Source: the human T2T-CHM13v2.0 reference genome, Homo sapiens
Assembly: GCF_009914755.1 (NCBI RefSeq)
Contig: NC_060932.1
Direction: 5' to 3' (one strand)
DNA length: 64,000 nucleotides
The position numbers and the translations under genes are program-made. Of this stretch, positions 1 to 13,969 are shown one piece after another. The first letter of the stretch is position 1, and each line of letters begins with the position of its first letter. The notes under the pieces are model-generated. The model saw only the letters and a program-made list of their open reading frames with translations, searched no databases and was not told the origin of the DNA.

Positions 1-1020
1 TCAAATACTTTTGATGAGGAGATGGGTTTTTTTTAATTTAAAGGCAAATACACAGGGTTTTGGCTATATCAAAATTGTGAAATACCAGTTAGCTTAGGAT
101 AACTTTATCATCCTTGAAAATGATGAAAGTAATTAATACACTTCTTTTTAAAACCACATGTAATTTTTGAGAATAGATGACTATTTCAAATAGTCATGTG
201 AAACTTCTCTTAAAATTAAAATAGATATTAGTGAAAGAGTCATAAATGCAGGCTTTCACTTTATTGGACACAAAATATAGAAGACATGGAAATGTGTTGG
301 GATAATGGTATGATCTTAGGGTAGGTAGGAATGCTATAAATATGAAATTATCCCATATCTTTGTCCAAGCTTTGTGGCACTTTCTTCCATATCCTGGATG
401 TCATACTTTTTCACCAGGGTCTTCACAGCTTTTTCAGCCCTTGATAAACCCTTCTGTTTGAAAGCAGGTGGTTGCCCCTCTGTCACCTGGAAAAGACGTG
501 GGCTTTCTCAGTCTGGAGATGGTATTCACTGGGAAAAAAGCATGGCCTCCCACCTGACAAAGAGTATAGCTGCTGTGCCTTCATTCTACAGATTATATAT
601 TTAGGCTAAGCCTTTTTTTTTTGGATTGGATCTTGGACATTATAGATTAAGTTTCTTGGACTTATTTTAGTTGTCAGTTCTAACTCTAATGATGCTCAGG
701 CCCAGTTTGCTTCCCTTTTTTCCTGATCCTGAGAGGAGGTCTCGGTATCTTCACAGCTGAGCAGTCATTGTCAGTGCACATTTTGTGATTTTTGTCATTT
801 GGGGATTTTCTTTGCCACATAGTTACAGAATTTGATTTAGCAATTGGGACCACAGGCAAACCATATCTTTGATAACGCTGACCCTTGACAAGTCATCATC
901 CTACAAAATAAATTACAGGGAAAACAGTTCTTATTCCAGTGTTCCCTTATCAAACTCTACATCAGAGTTAGCTGTGAGTGATTTCTACTTTTAGTATTGG
1001 AGATGAATATTAGATATTTT

Positions 1021-1408
1021 CTTTTTCTTTCTTTCCTTTCTTTTCTTCTTTTTTCTTCCTTTCCATTCCTTTCCATTCCTTTCCTTTCCTTTTCTTTTTC
1101 TTTTCTTTTCTTTTCTTTCTTTTCTTTCTTTGGCAGAGTCTTACTCTGTTGCCCAGGCAGGAGCACATTGGCATCATCTCATCTCACTGAAACCTCTCCC
1201 TCCTGGGTTCAAGCAATTCTCATGTCTCAGCCACCGGAATAGCTGGTTACAGGCACCTGCCACCATGCCCAGCTAATTTTTGTATTTTTGTAGAGCTGGG
1301 GTTTCACCAAGCAGGACAGGCTGGTCTAGAACTCCTGACTTCAAGTGATCCACCTGCCTCAGCCTCCTCAAGTGCGGGAATTACAGGCATGAGCCACTGC
1401 ACTCAGAC
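1021..1408 (-). mobile_element. Alu (old, J/S-type) with tail expanded into a ~110 bp CTTTT-type polypyrimidine tract
   Basis: Antisense Alu body 1131-1408; TSD-like aatattagatattt (1006) / aatattcgatgttt (1409). Confidence 0.95.
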
Positions 1409-1717
1409 AATATTCGATGTTTCTATAGATAATTCAGTTACTTTATAATCAAATAATGATTATTAATTTTTCTGATATTCTAGAGCCATCTTGAACTTTT
1501 CACTATTTTAATTAAACTTCTGTATCCATGTGCTTCTCTACCCTTTTTTGGTTCCCTCCTTCCTATCTTTGAGCTTCCATGATAAGAATACAAACCACAC
1601 TTAACTATGTTTTCCCCAACCTCACTGGATGTTCTCCTGGTTTTCATTGTTGGCTTTTATCCTAAACACATACTTTTAATGTAGATGTTCTCCACTACTC
1701 CATCCTGGGCTGCTTCT

Positions 1718-2025
1718 GTTTATTTATTTATTTATTTTTTATTTTGAGACCAGGTTTCTCTCTGTCACCCAGGCTGGAGTGCAGTGGTGTGATCTCGGCT
1801 TACTGCAACCTCCACCTCCCAAGTTCAAGCAGTTCTCTGCCTCAACCTCCCGAGTAGCTGGGATTACAGGCACCCACCACCGTGCCCGGCTAATTTTTTG
1901 TATTTTTAGTAGAGATGGGGCTTCACCATCTTGGCCAGGTTGATCTTGAACTCCTGACCTTGTGATCCACCTGCCTCGGCCTCCCAAAGTGCCGGGATTA
2001 CAGACGTGAGCCACCGCACCCGGCC
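1718..2025 (-). mobile_element. AluS element with (TTTA)n tail
   Basis: Full antisense Alu ending gagccaccgcacccggcc. Confidence 0.95.
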
Positions 2026-2049
2026 TGTTTTTATGTTTTTATATACTTT

Positions 2050-2588
2050 TCACTGATGTCTTAAAAGTAGCATGTCCAGAACTAAACTCTTGGTTTTATT
2101 CCCAAAATCTAGATTGTGCTTGTGCTTAGAGAGTAAATCTCTTAACACCTGCCTACAAGAAGGCATATAATGTCTCTGCTGCCACCTCTCCTGTTTCCTT
2201 CCAACTTTCCACTTGCTCCGTAGGTTCTAGTAACGTTAACCTTTGTTCATTTCTTGAACATTAGGAAGCACATTAATACTTCAGGACACTGTCCATCCTG
2301 AACTCTTTGCTCACCATGCTCTTTCTTTAGGTCTCATCTTAAATAAGACGTCCTCAGAGAGCCTATTCCAGCTACTCATCTACATTTATCAACTCACACA
2401 CCCATTAGTCTCTATTTCAACATCCTTTGTTTCTTAACAGTACTAATGACTCTAGTTTGCAATTATTTTGTTTTATCTATGAGAATATGTTTCAGAAAGG
2501 TAGAATCACATTGCTCTAGTATATCCTTGTATCCCTATTACCTAATTTAGTGCCTGGTGAATATACAATAAATATTTGAGTGACTGCA
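2050..2588 (+). mobile_element. L2 LINE 3' fragment
   Basis: L2-like pyrimidine-rich body ending gtgcctgg...caataaatatttgagtgactg. Confidence 0.65.
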
Positions 2589-3284
2589 TCTTAAGAATTT
2601 CTTTTGTTAAAATCACTCCCTTTTATTGTCTATGTATGCTGTGGCATTAGCTTCAGTGAAGTATCTGACCAATGGCACTAGTCTAGACTTAGAACTGATC
2701 TCCTGGGAAGGCCCAAAACTCTGCCTGGCAACAGCATATTTCAACCTATACCCAGCAGCATACCCATAGGGCCTGATCAGTTTGAATTCCCTTAAAGTCT
2801 ACCTGTTATCAATTCATTTTAAACTGCATGTGTATCTATCTCTTCAAATAGTATGCTTACCTATCCCTCTATTTGTTTGTTTCATTTAGAAATGAAATAC
2901 AATCATAATCTTTATAGTATTATATAGTACTCATAAATAATTAGTTTCCTAATTGGCAGAGGGATTCTCCTTCTCTCCATTAATGACATGATAGTTTTGA
3001 AAATAGATAGTTCCTGACAGCTGTATATCAAGAGTTTATTTGTGGGTAGAGTGACATTACACTCATATTTCCCATAAAAGTTATATAATATATGTGGTTA
3101 TTAGGCTTCTCATCTAGTCCTCAAGCTAGTTCTTAAAGCCTATTGAATATTCTTAAAGTGAAATCGTAATACTACAATTTCAAACAATATATTATTTATA
3201 ATGTTATAATGTTTGGTATTCTATAAAAAATAGGGATCTGAAGTCAAATTTGGATGTACAATATATTACATTCATTCCAGCAGT

Positions 3285-3460
3285 CAGTAGTTCTCAGGCA
3301 GGTATATAACAGAATCATTCATGGAGCTTTTAAAGTATACAAGTTACTAGGTCCAATGTGGGAGATTATAAATTAGTGAATCTGCATTGTGACATGATAT
3401 TTATGCATTGTTTAAAAGCTTCACAGGTGACTCTAATACACATCTCTTAAGAACCAACAT
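3285..3460. mobile_element. MER5-like hAT-Charlie DNA transposon
   Basis: cagtagttctca...cagaatca...caggtgactctaat...ttaagaacca pattern. Confidence 0.6.
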
Positions 3461-4367
3461 TCAGGGAATTTGCTCTTGAAATTTTCCAAATCCATGAATT
3501 AAAAGAAGGTGTGTTGGAGGAAGGGGTTTTAAGGCTTTTCACTATGTGAATGTCAAGGAAGTCCTAATTTGGGAAATGTGATAATTTTATTTTCCTATCT
3601 TACTTTACATATCTGGAATTTTCAGGTTACTTACCTTTTCTTTACCTGGAATCTAGACCTATAGTCATGATAATAATGGCTTTCTTGTTTGTAGGGGAAT
3701 GCTTTATAACTCACCTCGGTTTATAATGAAATATTCTTCTTGTATTTCAGTTCCTTTAATCTCTTGGTCTATATTATGGCCAAACAACTCTCATGGCCTC
3801 TACTAGAACAAAATGTAGTCCTTCGTGAATAACAAAAATAGCATTTGGTAAAAGTTATTTATACAGCTGATAAAATGTTATTCTAATTTGCCCTTGACTT
3901 TGTTCTGCTTATATACTATTATTTTTAACTGACTGAGAAAGTTAATATATTCAGTTTATCCAAATACATAATCAGAACTAGATTTAATTGCAGGAAAATT
4001 TGGAATATAGGAAAATATCAAAGAGGTTAAGATGAATTTTATGACATCTCACCACCGGGAAATAATTTTATATTGTTTCTTATTGAGGGAAAAAAATAAA
4101 GGCTGAGATTAAACCCTAAGTGTATCCAGCCGGTAGGGGGCAGTTCTTCTAATTCATAGGACTATTTTGTCTTTAAATTTAGCACTCGGAGGGTCCCTTT
4201 CCTTGACCTTTGACATCAGTATTTATGCACCAGATGGATAATATTTTTGTGTGAGGCAGCTTTGGCACCCTTTGGCTAAGATACGGAAATAATATATATT
4301 TATTAATACCTGATGGCATAAAAATAGTTACCATAATTCAACTCATCTAACTATTATCATTATATAG

Positions 4368-4738
<371 letters not shown>

Positions 4739-4789
4739 AAGTCAGAGTTTTTTGTACACAGAATCCTGAGCTACATAGGCTTGAAGATA

Positions 4790-7759
4790 ATTCGTACTGG
4801 AAATGAACAAAAATATCACTGTCCTGCAATTTGTTTATAGTTTGCCTCTTCCCCAGGCCTTCTTTTTCCTGATATTCCAATTTTGCTTCTTTCAGACATC
4901 TGAGAAAACAGCTAAACCATTTGCCACTGCCAGTGAGTCTGTGCATATTCTTATCTTGGCTACTTTTCTTCCCACACACAGTGAATGAATGACCTGATGG
5001 ACTGAAGCTCAGCCCATCGGGAGGATTATCCCTCACAGTTGTCCTCAGGGGCACCCTGAGTGAGGCTATGATGCAGAAACAGTGCTTTCAAAAGGTGTAT
5101 CATTTCTGCTACAAATGGCATGCACTTGCTTTATAATGCTAGGTTTCCTCCCTTTAAGTGTCCTATTGGGGCCTGCAAAGATTCCACACTGAATTATACA
5201 TAAGTGACCTCTACACATTGAATCTGCTGCTGTGTGGCCTAAGCATATTGGCAGCCTGGGCCTGCTACCATACCCTTTCTTGCTCTGGACCCCACCCAAA
5301 AATGACCTTCTGCATCACCTAATGAATGGGTCAGAGCAATAATATACGCTGCCTCCAACATCCGAAGAGGCCTACAAGATGTTGAGATTCTTTCTTTGTG
5401 ATGGGTGGCACGGGTGTAATAGCTTGTCGTTTACATTGGAGGAGTTGTCTCAGCAAGCCCCAGGCCAGTGAACCTCTGAAAACTTTATGCATATAGCAAA
5501 TATCCCCTGCCCTCCGGAGCATGTTGCTGACCAAGGGCATCCCGAGTACATGCCACTTCTGTTCATCAAGCATAATTTACAAAATATCATCAACATAATG
5601 GACTTATTTGATGTTCTTTGGAGTATTCAGTTCCTTTTAGACTATCTTGTGATAGAAGGTTAAACTAAGCCCTGGGGCAAATCAACAAATGTATTTATTA
5701 TCCACCACATGTGAATGTAAACTGTTTTTAATTCCCCTTCCTAATGGATATGGAAAAGGATGCATTTGTCAGATCAATAGCTTCATGTAACATACCAGAG
5801 ATTATGGGAATGCATTCTAGTAAAGATACCACATCTGGTATGTCATCTGCATTACAGCTACCATGTTTTCAGTGGCCCATTTTCACTTGCCATGACCTAT
5901 CTGTATTTTATATATTTTTTTGCAGGTGACAGACTGGTAAAATAAATTGAGATATAATGAGAGCTATCACTTCTGCACCTCAGAGGCTAAAACTAATCTC
6001 TGCAATTAACCCTAGGATGTTATATTTTTTGATTTACTAACGTGGTCTGTTTCAGGGACTTGCACTTGGCTTTTCCTGTAACAATAACCTTTATACCACT
6101 GGACAAAGAATCAGTGTGAGGGTTCTGACAGCTGTTAAGTATGTCCATCCCATCTGTACATTCAGGGACTGGGGAAATGACAACCAAGTAGGCCCATGTA
6201 CCCAGCAGAAAATTTTAAAAAACTTAGAACTGAGAAAAACCTAATGGAAAACCGTGGCCAGCACTCTGGTTATTATCTGATCTCATAATGTCGTTATCTG
6301 CTCAAATCCTGTATCCTATCCACAACCTTTAAAATATGTAGGTATTCCCCTTTTCTCAGTGTGTACTTACCTTGTTGCACAGCCTCTTTGGAGATGGACT
6401 TGGGGAGTCACTTCTGTATGTACCTGCCAGGGAATTGCAGTTATTCCTCAAATAGATCTGACCTCTCTCAGTTGATGCAGCCTTGGTTTGAGAACTGGCT
6501 CAGGGTTGAGAACTGGGAAAGGGATTGACTTTCCATTGAGGAAGCTGGTCAGCCTTTTGTTTAGTTATTCGTGATCTCTTTGGGTTATATAGTAAGTAGT
6601 ACTCTCGTTCAGTGCTCATGTATCCTTTCTCTAGGAACACCATAGTCTATGAGCATTTCCATGGATCCCTGTGGGTTAGGACACCCCCCTCCCGCCCCCT
6701 GCATCCTGCCATTAAGACTTTGCACTTGTTACAGTAATTACTCCCACCTTGCTGCTGACAATTAAGTACTGTTACATGTCTCTGATATTTGGGGAAGCCA
6801 TTATCTCCATTACTACCAGGGAGCTCAGTTCTGCAACTTTATCTCCTACCTACAGAGCACGTACAACTACAGAGTTTTCAAAAATGTTGGTACCTCCGTC
6901 ACCAAGACCTCCCTTATTGTTTCCGTAAACAGATTGTAAACAGATTGTCTCCTGGACACTTCTGCAGAACTGAGTCAGGTGGAGGGTCTTTCAGTCTCCT
7001 ATAATGGGTTGACTCTAGCATGTCCACTTCTCTGTGCTTTTGATTCTTCCATCATCTGCCTGCTCACTCTTGAATCTCTCCCATATTTAATGTGGGCCAT
7101 TGTCTTCTCTGAGCTTCTTATGGAGCATTGTTTTTAGTGCATCTCTAAGCATCATTGCCAGGGCGTTCAATTTTGAGTCATGGGATAGTGCCCTGTTTTT
7201 GCCAACCTTTCATCTATCCAGTTCCCCTATCTAATAAGGCCTTGATTTTGTCATGTGAGCATTGTCTAAGCTGTGAATCCTGCCTTCTCTAATGTTCTGT
7301 AACTTTCACAATTAAGTCCTAGTCTTGGTGTTCAGCTTGATTAGCCCTTCAAGTGTGGTAGATGAGGGTTTCTCTAAACCCTGACAGAGAAGCCCTCAGA
7401 TTTCCACACTTTGCTTCATATGGTTGATTAGTGATTGGAGCCTGTTGTTTCTCTCTCTAAAGCAAAAGTTGCTCTCAGGAATAGTCACTCAATTGCACAC
7501 TAATTTTGCAGTTCCTATTTTTTCCCCTTATCTTTCAAACACCAATGATAACACATACACTGGTGCATCTGTAACCTATATCTTGTATCATCCATCACAG
7601 GTGAACATTTCAGCAATTGTCCTGCTTCATCATGCCAGGGACTATCAGATGACACCTTTATCCAGTGGTGGGGACTTTATTGCATCTGGCTACTGAGAAA
7701 TTCAGTTTTAGAATCCCATCCTTAAAGAGTCTACTTCCTAAGGTACTCCTGGCACTAGC
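4790..7759 (-). mobile_element. Decayed ERVL internal region (HERV16/ERV3-16A3-like): gag-pro-RT-RNase H remnants
   Basis: Minus-strand motifs: protease DTGFE (~6301-6316), RT AIDLTNASFSISI (~5744-5782), LPQG (~5668-5680), VHYVDDIL (~5580-5603), RNase H TDSLAVANGLA (~4908-4942); many stops and frameshifts. Confidence 0.88.
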
Positions 7760-8188
7760 TGTCTTATGTCAGGTTTCCTAGCAGGGGGGCTTGATGAAGG
7801 GATTCCTTTGTGAGGCAGGGTTCTCAGAAAACAACCTGTAAAGAAGTAAGGGAAGATCAGGATGGGGGAAGAAGCTAGGACATGATATGGTCTCAAGAGA
7901 AGTACAGTTCAACCTGATCCCATAGGGAGCTCTGAAGTATAAATTGCATCATAGAGACTGTCCTCTCCAGAAGCAAAAGATCTGGGCATCGGTCAGTCAT
8001 CAGCCAAGGGCAGCCCACAGGCAGAGGGTGGATGCAGGATCACCTGGGCATCCCTGGGCAAGAGGCTAATGCCAGTCAAGGGCAATTCTTCAGAGAAGAG
8101 TTCCAGTGTGAGCCATGGGCAGTAGGTAGGGGATGCATAAGCAGCCATTAAGAGGGATTGGATGGGGACACCTATAGCATCTGCTACA
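7760..8188 (-). mobile_element. ERVL 5' LTR (LTR16-like)
   Basis: Minus strand TGTAGCAGATGC...AAGACA termini, followed directly by PBS-like ctagtgccaggagt and the internal region. Confidence 0.75.
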
Positions 8189-8231
8189 CGTCACCTCATG
8201 TTAGAATACTGAAAAATAAATTACTATTAGT

Positions 8232-8420
8232 AGGTCAGCTTTTGGAGTTTTACAGACCTGCATTCATTTGGGCAAGATAATTAACCTTTCTGACTGTTTC
8301 CTCTACAGTAAAACAGGAATAATAACTCAGCTTAAATTTGAAAGGGTTTAAGCGAGGATGAATTTGTGAAGTCTCCAGTAGAGTACTTGCTTTATAATGG
8401 GTGCTAAATTAATGTTATTA
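8232..8420 (+). mobile_element. MIR SINE
   Basis: MIR core ttgggcaagataattaacctttctg...gtttcctc...gtaaaacaggaataata. Confidence 0.7.
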
Positions 8421-8539
8421 TGTTGACAAAGAAAGTAGAACTTGGCTATTTACCAAGAAAATAATATGTATGTTTATCTAATTCTATTTAACACAGAAAG
8501 CTAATTGATATCTTTTACTTACCTCAAAAAGAAATGATG

Positions 8540-8843
<304 letters not shown>

Positions 8844-9244
8844 AGAAATGATGGCACTATGCCTCTTAGTTCATTTGCAAAATAAATTAATGTCATAATA
8901 ATGCTGTATTAATCTCACATGTAAGAATAAAAGTATAATATTTAAAATGAGGTATTATATATGCATTAATCAATATGATTAATATTCAGAGAAAGTGAGC
9001 TACTATTAGAATTTCCTTTCAACATACTACTCAGTAATTTTTGAAAAGGTTATTGATGAAATGATACATGTGCATTAAATGAAATTGCTCACACACAAAT
9101 AAATATCTCTATACATTCAGATATATATTGGCACAATTGGCCCAGCATTTGCTGAACATAAGTGATTCAGTAAATTACATTAGAGTATACAATGATTGCT
9201 TCTTGACTATTTTTCTCTTCTTTTGTTGTCATTTCATCTCCTGA

Positions 9245-9607
<363 letters not shown>

Positions 9608-10739
9608 TGAACCTTTGCAAGTACCGTGTCTGCTGTTCTTGGGTTTCTTCATTTAATTCTGAGGGCGTTTGCATTTAGGGAATGACACTGATTTACTTAA
9701 TTGCTTTGGTATACCCTTTATAACTACTACTTGTGTCTCTTTGACACAAGAACACACATGTTCACGTTCATCAGGGGCATGATTCCTATTGTTAACTACT
9801 TCCCTTTAGGAGGTTGTCTTCTAGGTAAGCATATTTCTTTTATGCTTATCAAATATGAAATAAATATACAACCAACTCAATAGAATGTCATAGGCTAATA
9901 TGGTACCACAGAATGAAGCAATTATAAAGTTAAGCTGCATAATGAGGTTACTTTTGGAGAATATTGGACCTTAATGGCAATTTAATCAACTTAACCTGCT
10001 TTACCAGAGATGATATGCAACAGCTAATATATTGAGCCATCAATAGATGGAGATAGAAACTGAATCTGTAAACATTTGCTTTGCAAAACCACATTCATCT
10101 CAGGCAAATAACCTTTTTTCACTTAAACAATTACTTTAGACAATAGCAACAATTTAAAAACTGAGATACATGCAGTACTTATCACAATAAAATCAGTATC
10201 TCTATTTTTAAAACCATTTCGAACAGTAATGTGAATTTTTTGGGAATATATGTCTAAGCTTGTCTCCATTTGTTGTGTAGATTAAGGTATTTACCATATT
10301 TTATGTTAATATTAATCATTTTACAATCATTTTCATTATGTTTGTCCTATAATTACATAAATAAGAATGAAAATGGGCAGATTTTCAAGTTGCTCACTAT
10401 TTCTATTTTTCATCCAAAAGAATAGTGCAATGAGGAGTCCATACCTGATAGACATGTGGAAATATAGCTGGACACATTTATGGAGTGGCAGTCAATGACA
10501 AGGCACAAATACATAGTGTTATGACATGGGAAATAGTTCTTAAGGTTGAAGTTCCCACTAGAGAGCTTGTGGTGTAGACACTTAGAATTGAGAGCCTAAA
10601 AAAGATGGTATGATAAGAGCAGGTTTCACCTACTGAGTACTATCTTTTCTCATGTTTTCTGTACCTCGTATCTCTCGTATCTCTAAAAGGTCAAAGATAC
10701 TGCATAAGCCCTCTGGAAGCTACCTCTTCCCAAGTCTCC

Positions 10740-11975
10740 ATATTCACACTGCTTTTGATTAATCGATCCGTTTACCTTCTCACTGTGCATCGGGCCTTCT
10801 GTCATTGTTTCCCTTTATATCCAGCTCATCATTACAAATACCTTCAATGCCAGTACAATCCTTAGATCATCCTAACCTATGAAACTCAAACTCTGAGTGA
10901 ATCCACTATCTCTTCCCTTGGAACACTCTCTTCACTTGCTTCTGTGCATTTTCCTAACTCACTGGCCATTTTTAAAATTTTAGCCTCTTTTGATGACTTT
11001 GTTTTTTCTCTATTAAACCTACAAATTTTGTCCTGGTCTCCTTCTCTTCTTTGTCTGTCTGTCTATATTCCTTTGCTATTTTATTCTATTCTCATGTCTT
11101 TTTTTTTTTTTTTTTTTTTTGAGACAGAGTCTTGCTTCGTCACCTAGGCTGGAGTACAAGGGCATAAACATGACTCACTACAGCCTCAAGATCCTGGGCT
11201 CAAGTGATCCTCTCAGCTCATGCTCTTGACTAGCTGGGACTACAGGCATGCACCACCACACCTGGCTAATTTTTGTGGTTTTTAAAGTCTTTTTGGTAGA
11301 GATGGAGTCTCACTGTGTTGCCCAGGCTGGTCTTGAACTCCTGGGCTCAAGTGATTCTCCTGCCTCAGCCTCCCATAGTGTTGGGATTACAGGCATAAGC
11401 CACTGCACCTGGTGCTCATGTCTTATATAATCTTTTTTTAAGTTACCAGAGTTATGTATTTAATTGCTTTTTATTGTCACGTTGATTTGGATATCTCACA
11501 TATTTCAGAATTAACAGGTTCAATTTCATCCTCTGTCAGTCAAATCTGTGTTCCTCATCTCCTCCCCACCTAGTCCTCCAATTTCAGTAAATGACATTAA
11601 TCTGAAGGCTTGAAATATAAAACAGAGGATGATATTTGAGATTTACTTTTCTTCATGTCTAAGCTGGTTAGGCCTGAGGTCAACTGCAATGTGCCAGGAG
11701 AGTTCTATATTAACACTACTCAAAATAACAACCTTTCAACATCTCCCACCTCAGAACAATACACACACACTCCCCTTTACCTCTTCAGGGCCCCTATTTT
11801 CTTAACAGTTCTTATTAAGTCTATTATTATATTTCTTATTTACTTACTCTTTCTGTTTTTCTTACCAGAACTTTTGAGGGCAGACAATCTGTCTTTTGGC
11901 TATTTGTCTTCATCCCCTACCACGGTGTATGGCACATAAACATCACGAAATAAATAGCTTTGAATGGCGAATTAA
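10740..11975 (+). mobile_element. L2 fragments interrupted by AluJ
   Basis: Degenerate L2-like body and 3' end ggcacataaa...ataaatagctttgaatg. Confidence 0.55.
11101..11414 (-). mobile_element. AluJ
   Basis: ctgggctcaagtgatcc in both arms; perfect TSD ctcatgtctt (11091/11415). Confidence 0.93.
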
Positions 11976-12017
11976 CCATCTTATATCTACTTGAACATCA
12001 TTTATAAGAACCACTGG

Positions 12018-12350
<333 letters not shown>

Positions 12351-12759
12351 CTAGGATAGTTGGACATGATGAGAGACACTTACTAGTTATTGACTACAAA
12401 AGAGTAGCCAAGAGAAACTGAGAGCAGCCTCACTCTAGGGACATCTTATTTCCAAAAAGACAAGCATGACTGATCAGTTTCCTCTTTTTATTTACTGCTG
12501 GTCTTTCATTATATGCTTCACAAAGTACAGGGAAGAACAATGTTTTACTGGCAGAGTTAGAAATCAAGATAAGGAGTGAGAACTAAGATAAATTGCAAAG
12601 ACTCAACTATTAGTGTAGACCTTGGACAGCTAGCTAAAAGAATACAGCCTGGTGAATTGGAGACAAAAGGTACTCCAAATATTTGGCTAAAATTTTGCAA
12701 ATATATTTGGGTTACTTAATTCATTTGAAGTGTTTAAGTCAAATTATAAATCACATTCT

Positions 12760-13530
12760 ATTTATTTAAAAATATTTATTGAGGACCTACCATGTAATAA
12801 GAACTTAGGATATATCATCAATGAACAAAACAAACTTTTCTGCCCTAGTGGTATTTATATTCTGGGGTAAAGACAATAATAAACCATAAAATATGTTAGA
12901 ATATGTTAAGCATAATTTAAAAAATAGAGCAGTATGGCTGGGCACGGTGCCTCACACCTGTAATCTCAGCACTTTGGGAGGCCGAGGCGGGCGGATCATG
13001 AGGTCAGGAGATTGAGACCAGCCTGGCCAACATGGTGAAACCCCATCTCTACTAAAAATACAAAAAATTAGCCAGGCGTGGTGGCATGCACCTGTAGACC
13101 CAGTTACTCAGGAGGCTGAGGCAGGAGAATTGCTTGAACTCAGGAGGCGGAGGTTGCAGTGAGCCAAGATTGCACAACTGCCCTCCAGCCTGGGCGACAG
13201 AGCGAGACTCTGTCTCAAAAAAAAAAAAAAAATAGAGCGGTACAACGGTATATGAGAATACCGCTGGTATTGTAGGTGGAGGTGCATGGTTCATGTATGT
13301 AAATAGGAGGGTCAGGGTGAATTTCACTGAGAAAATATTGTTTGAGAAAATTTGAAGGAGTGAACTGTGCTGATAACTGAGAAATTAATCCACCTGGCAG
13401 AAGGCACAATCAGTAGAGAAATTCAAAGGCAAGAGCAGGTTTAGTCAGTTTCTAGCGAGAGCAAAGAGGTTAGTAGGTAGCTGGAATACAGTGAACAGGA
13501 CATGGGATCATAGAGATAAGGTATAAGTAC
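12760..13530 (-). mobile_element. L2 fragment interrupted by Alu
   Basis: aaatatttattgaggacctaccatg...atgaacaaaacaaac antisense L2 3' end. Confidence 0.7.
12936..13232 (+). mobile_element. AluS (Sc-like)
   Basis: Sense Alu; TSD aaaatagagcagta/aaaatagagcggta. Confidence 0.95.
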
Positions 13531-13969
13531 CTTGTTTTTTTGTGCTGAGTGAAGGTACCTTGGCATGATTTGGGATCAAATGAACGTTCGTTATATATTC
13601 TCCTCTTAGTGGTTCCACTGGCTAATATTGGAAAGATCTCTTGTCACTTTTGCCTTCACATTTACACTTTATAATTTAACACACCTGGGAAAGGCACAAT
13701 TATATGCTTCATTAGTTTCCTGACCTAATATTTGGCAGAAGGCCCTACATATTTTTCTTTATACTTTATTTTCATCGAAATTCTTTGAAACTTTATTCAG
13801 AGAAGTAGGTAAAAGCCTCAGGCATAGGCTTACACAGTTTCATTTTTATCTTTTACATCTAAACTCACACAATTATCCATAAGCTCTATCATTTATGCAC
13901 TTTCATTTAACAAACATGTATTCAGCACCTACTGTATGCCAAGTACTGTCAAATGTATATGTGAGAACA

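Noticed and set aside
177-197. 10-bp perfect inverted repeat
   Set aside because: Too short to be significant in AT-rich DNA
334-890. More GC-balanced stretch with a short minus-strand frame (VTEGQPPAFK...YDIQDMEE) after a ttttccag acceptor-like site
   Set aside because: About 50 codons before a stop, no recognisable homology or donor site; could be an old repeat; needs BLASTX
957-1242. K/E/R-rich and F/S-rich ORFs
   Set aside because: Translations of the CTTTT tract in an Alu tail
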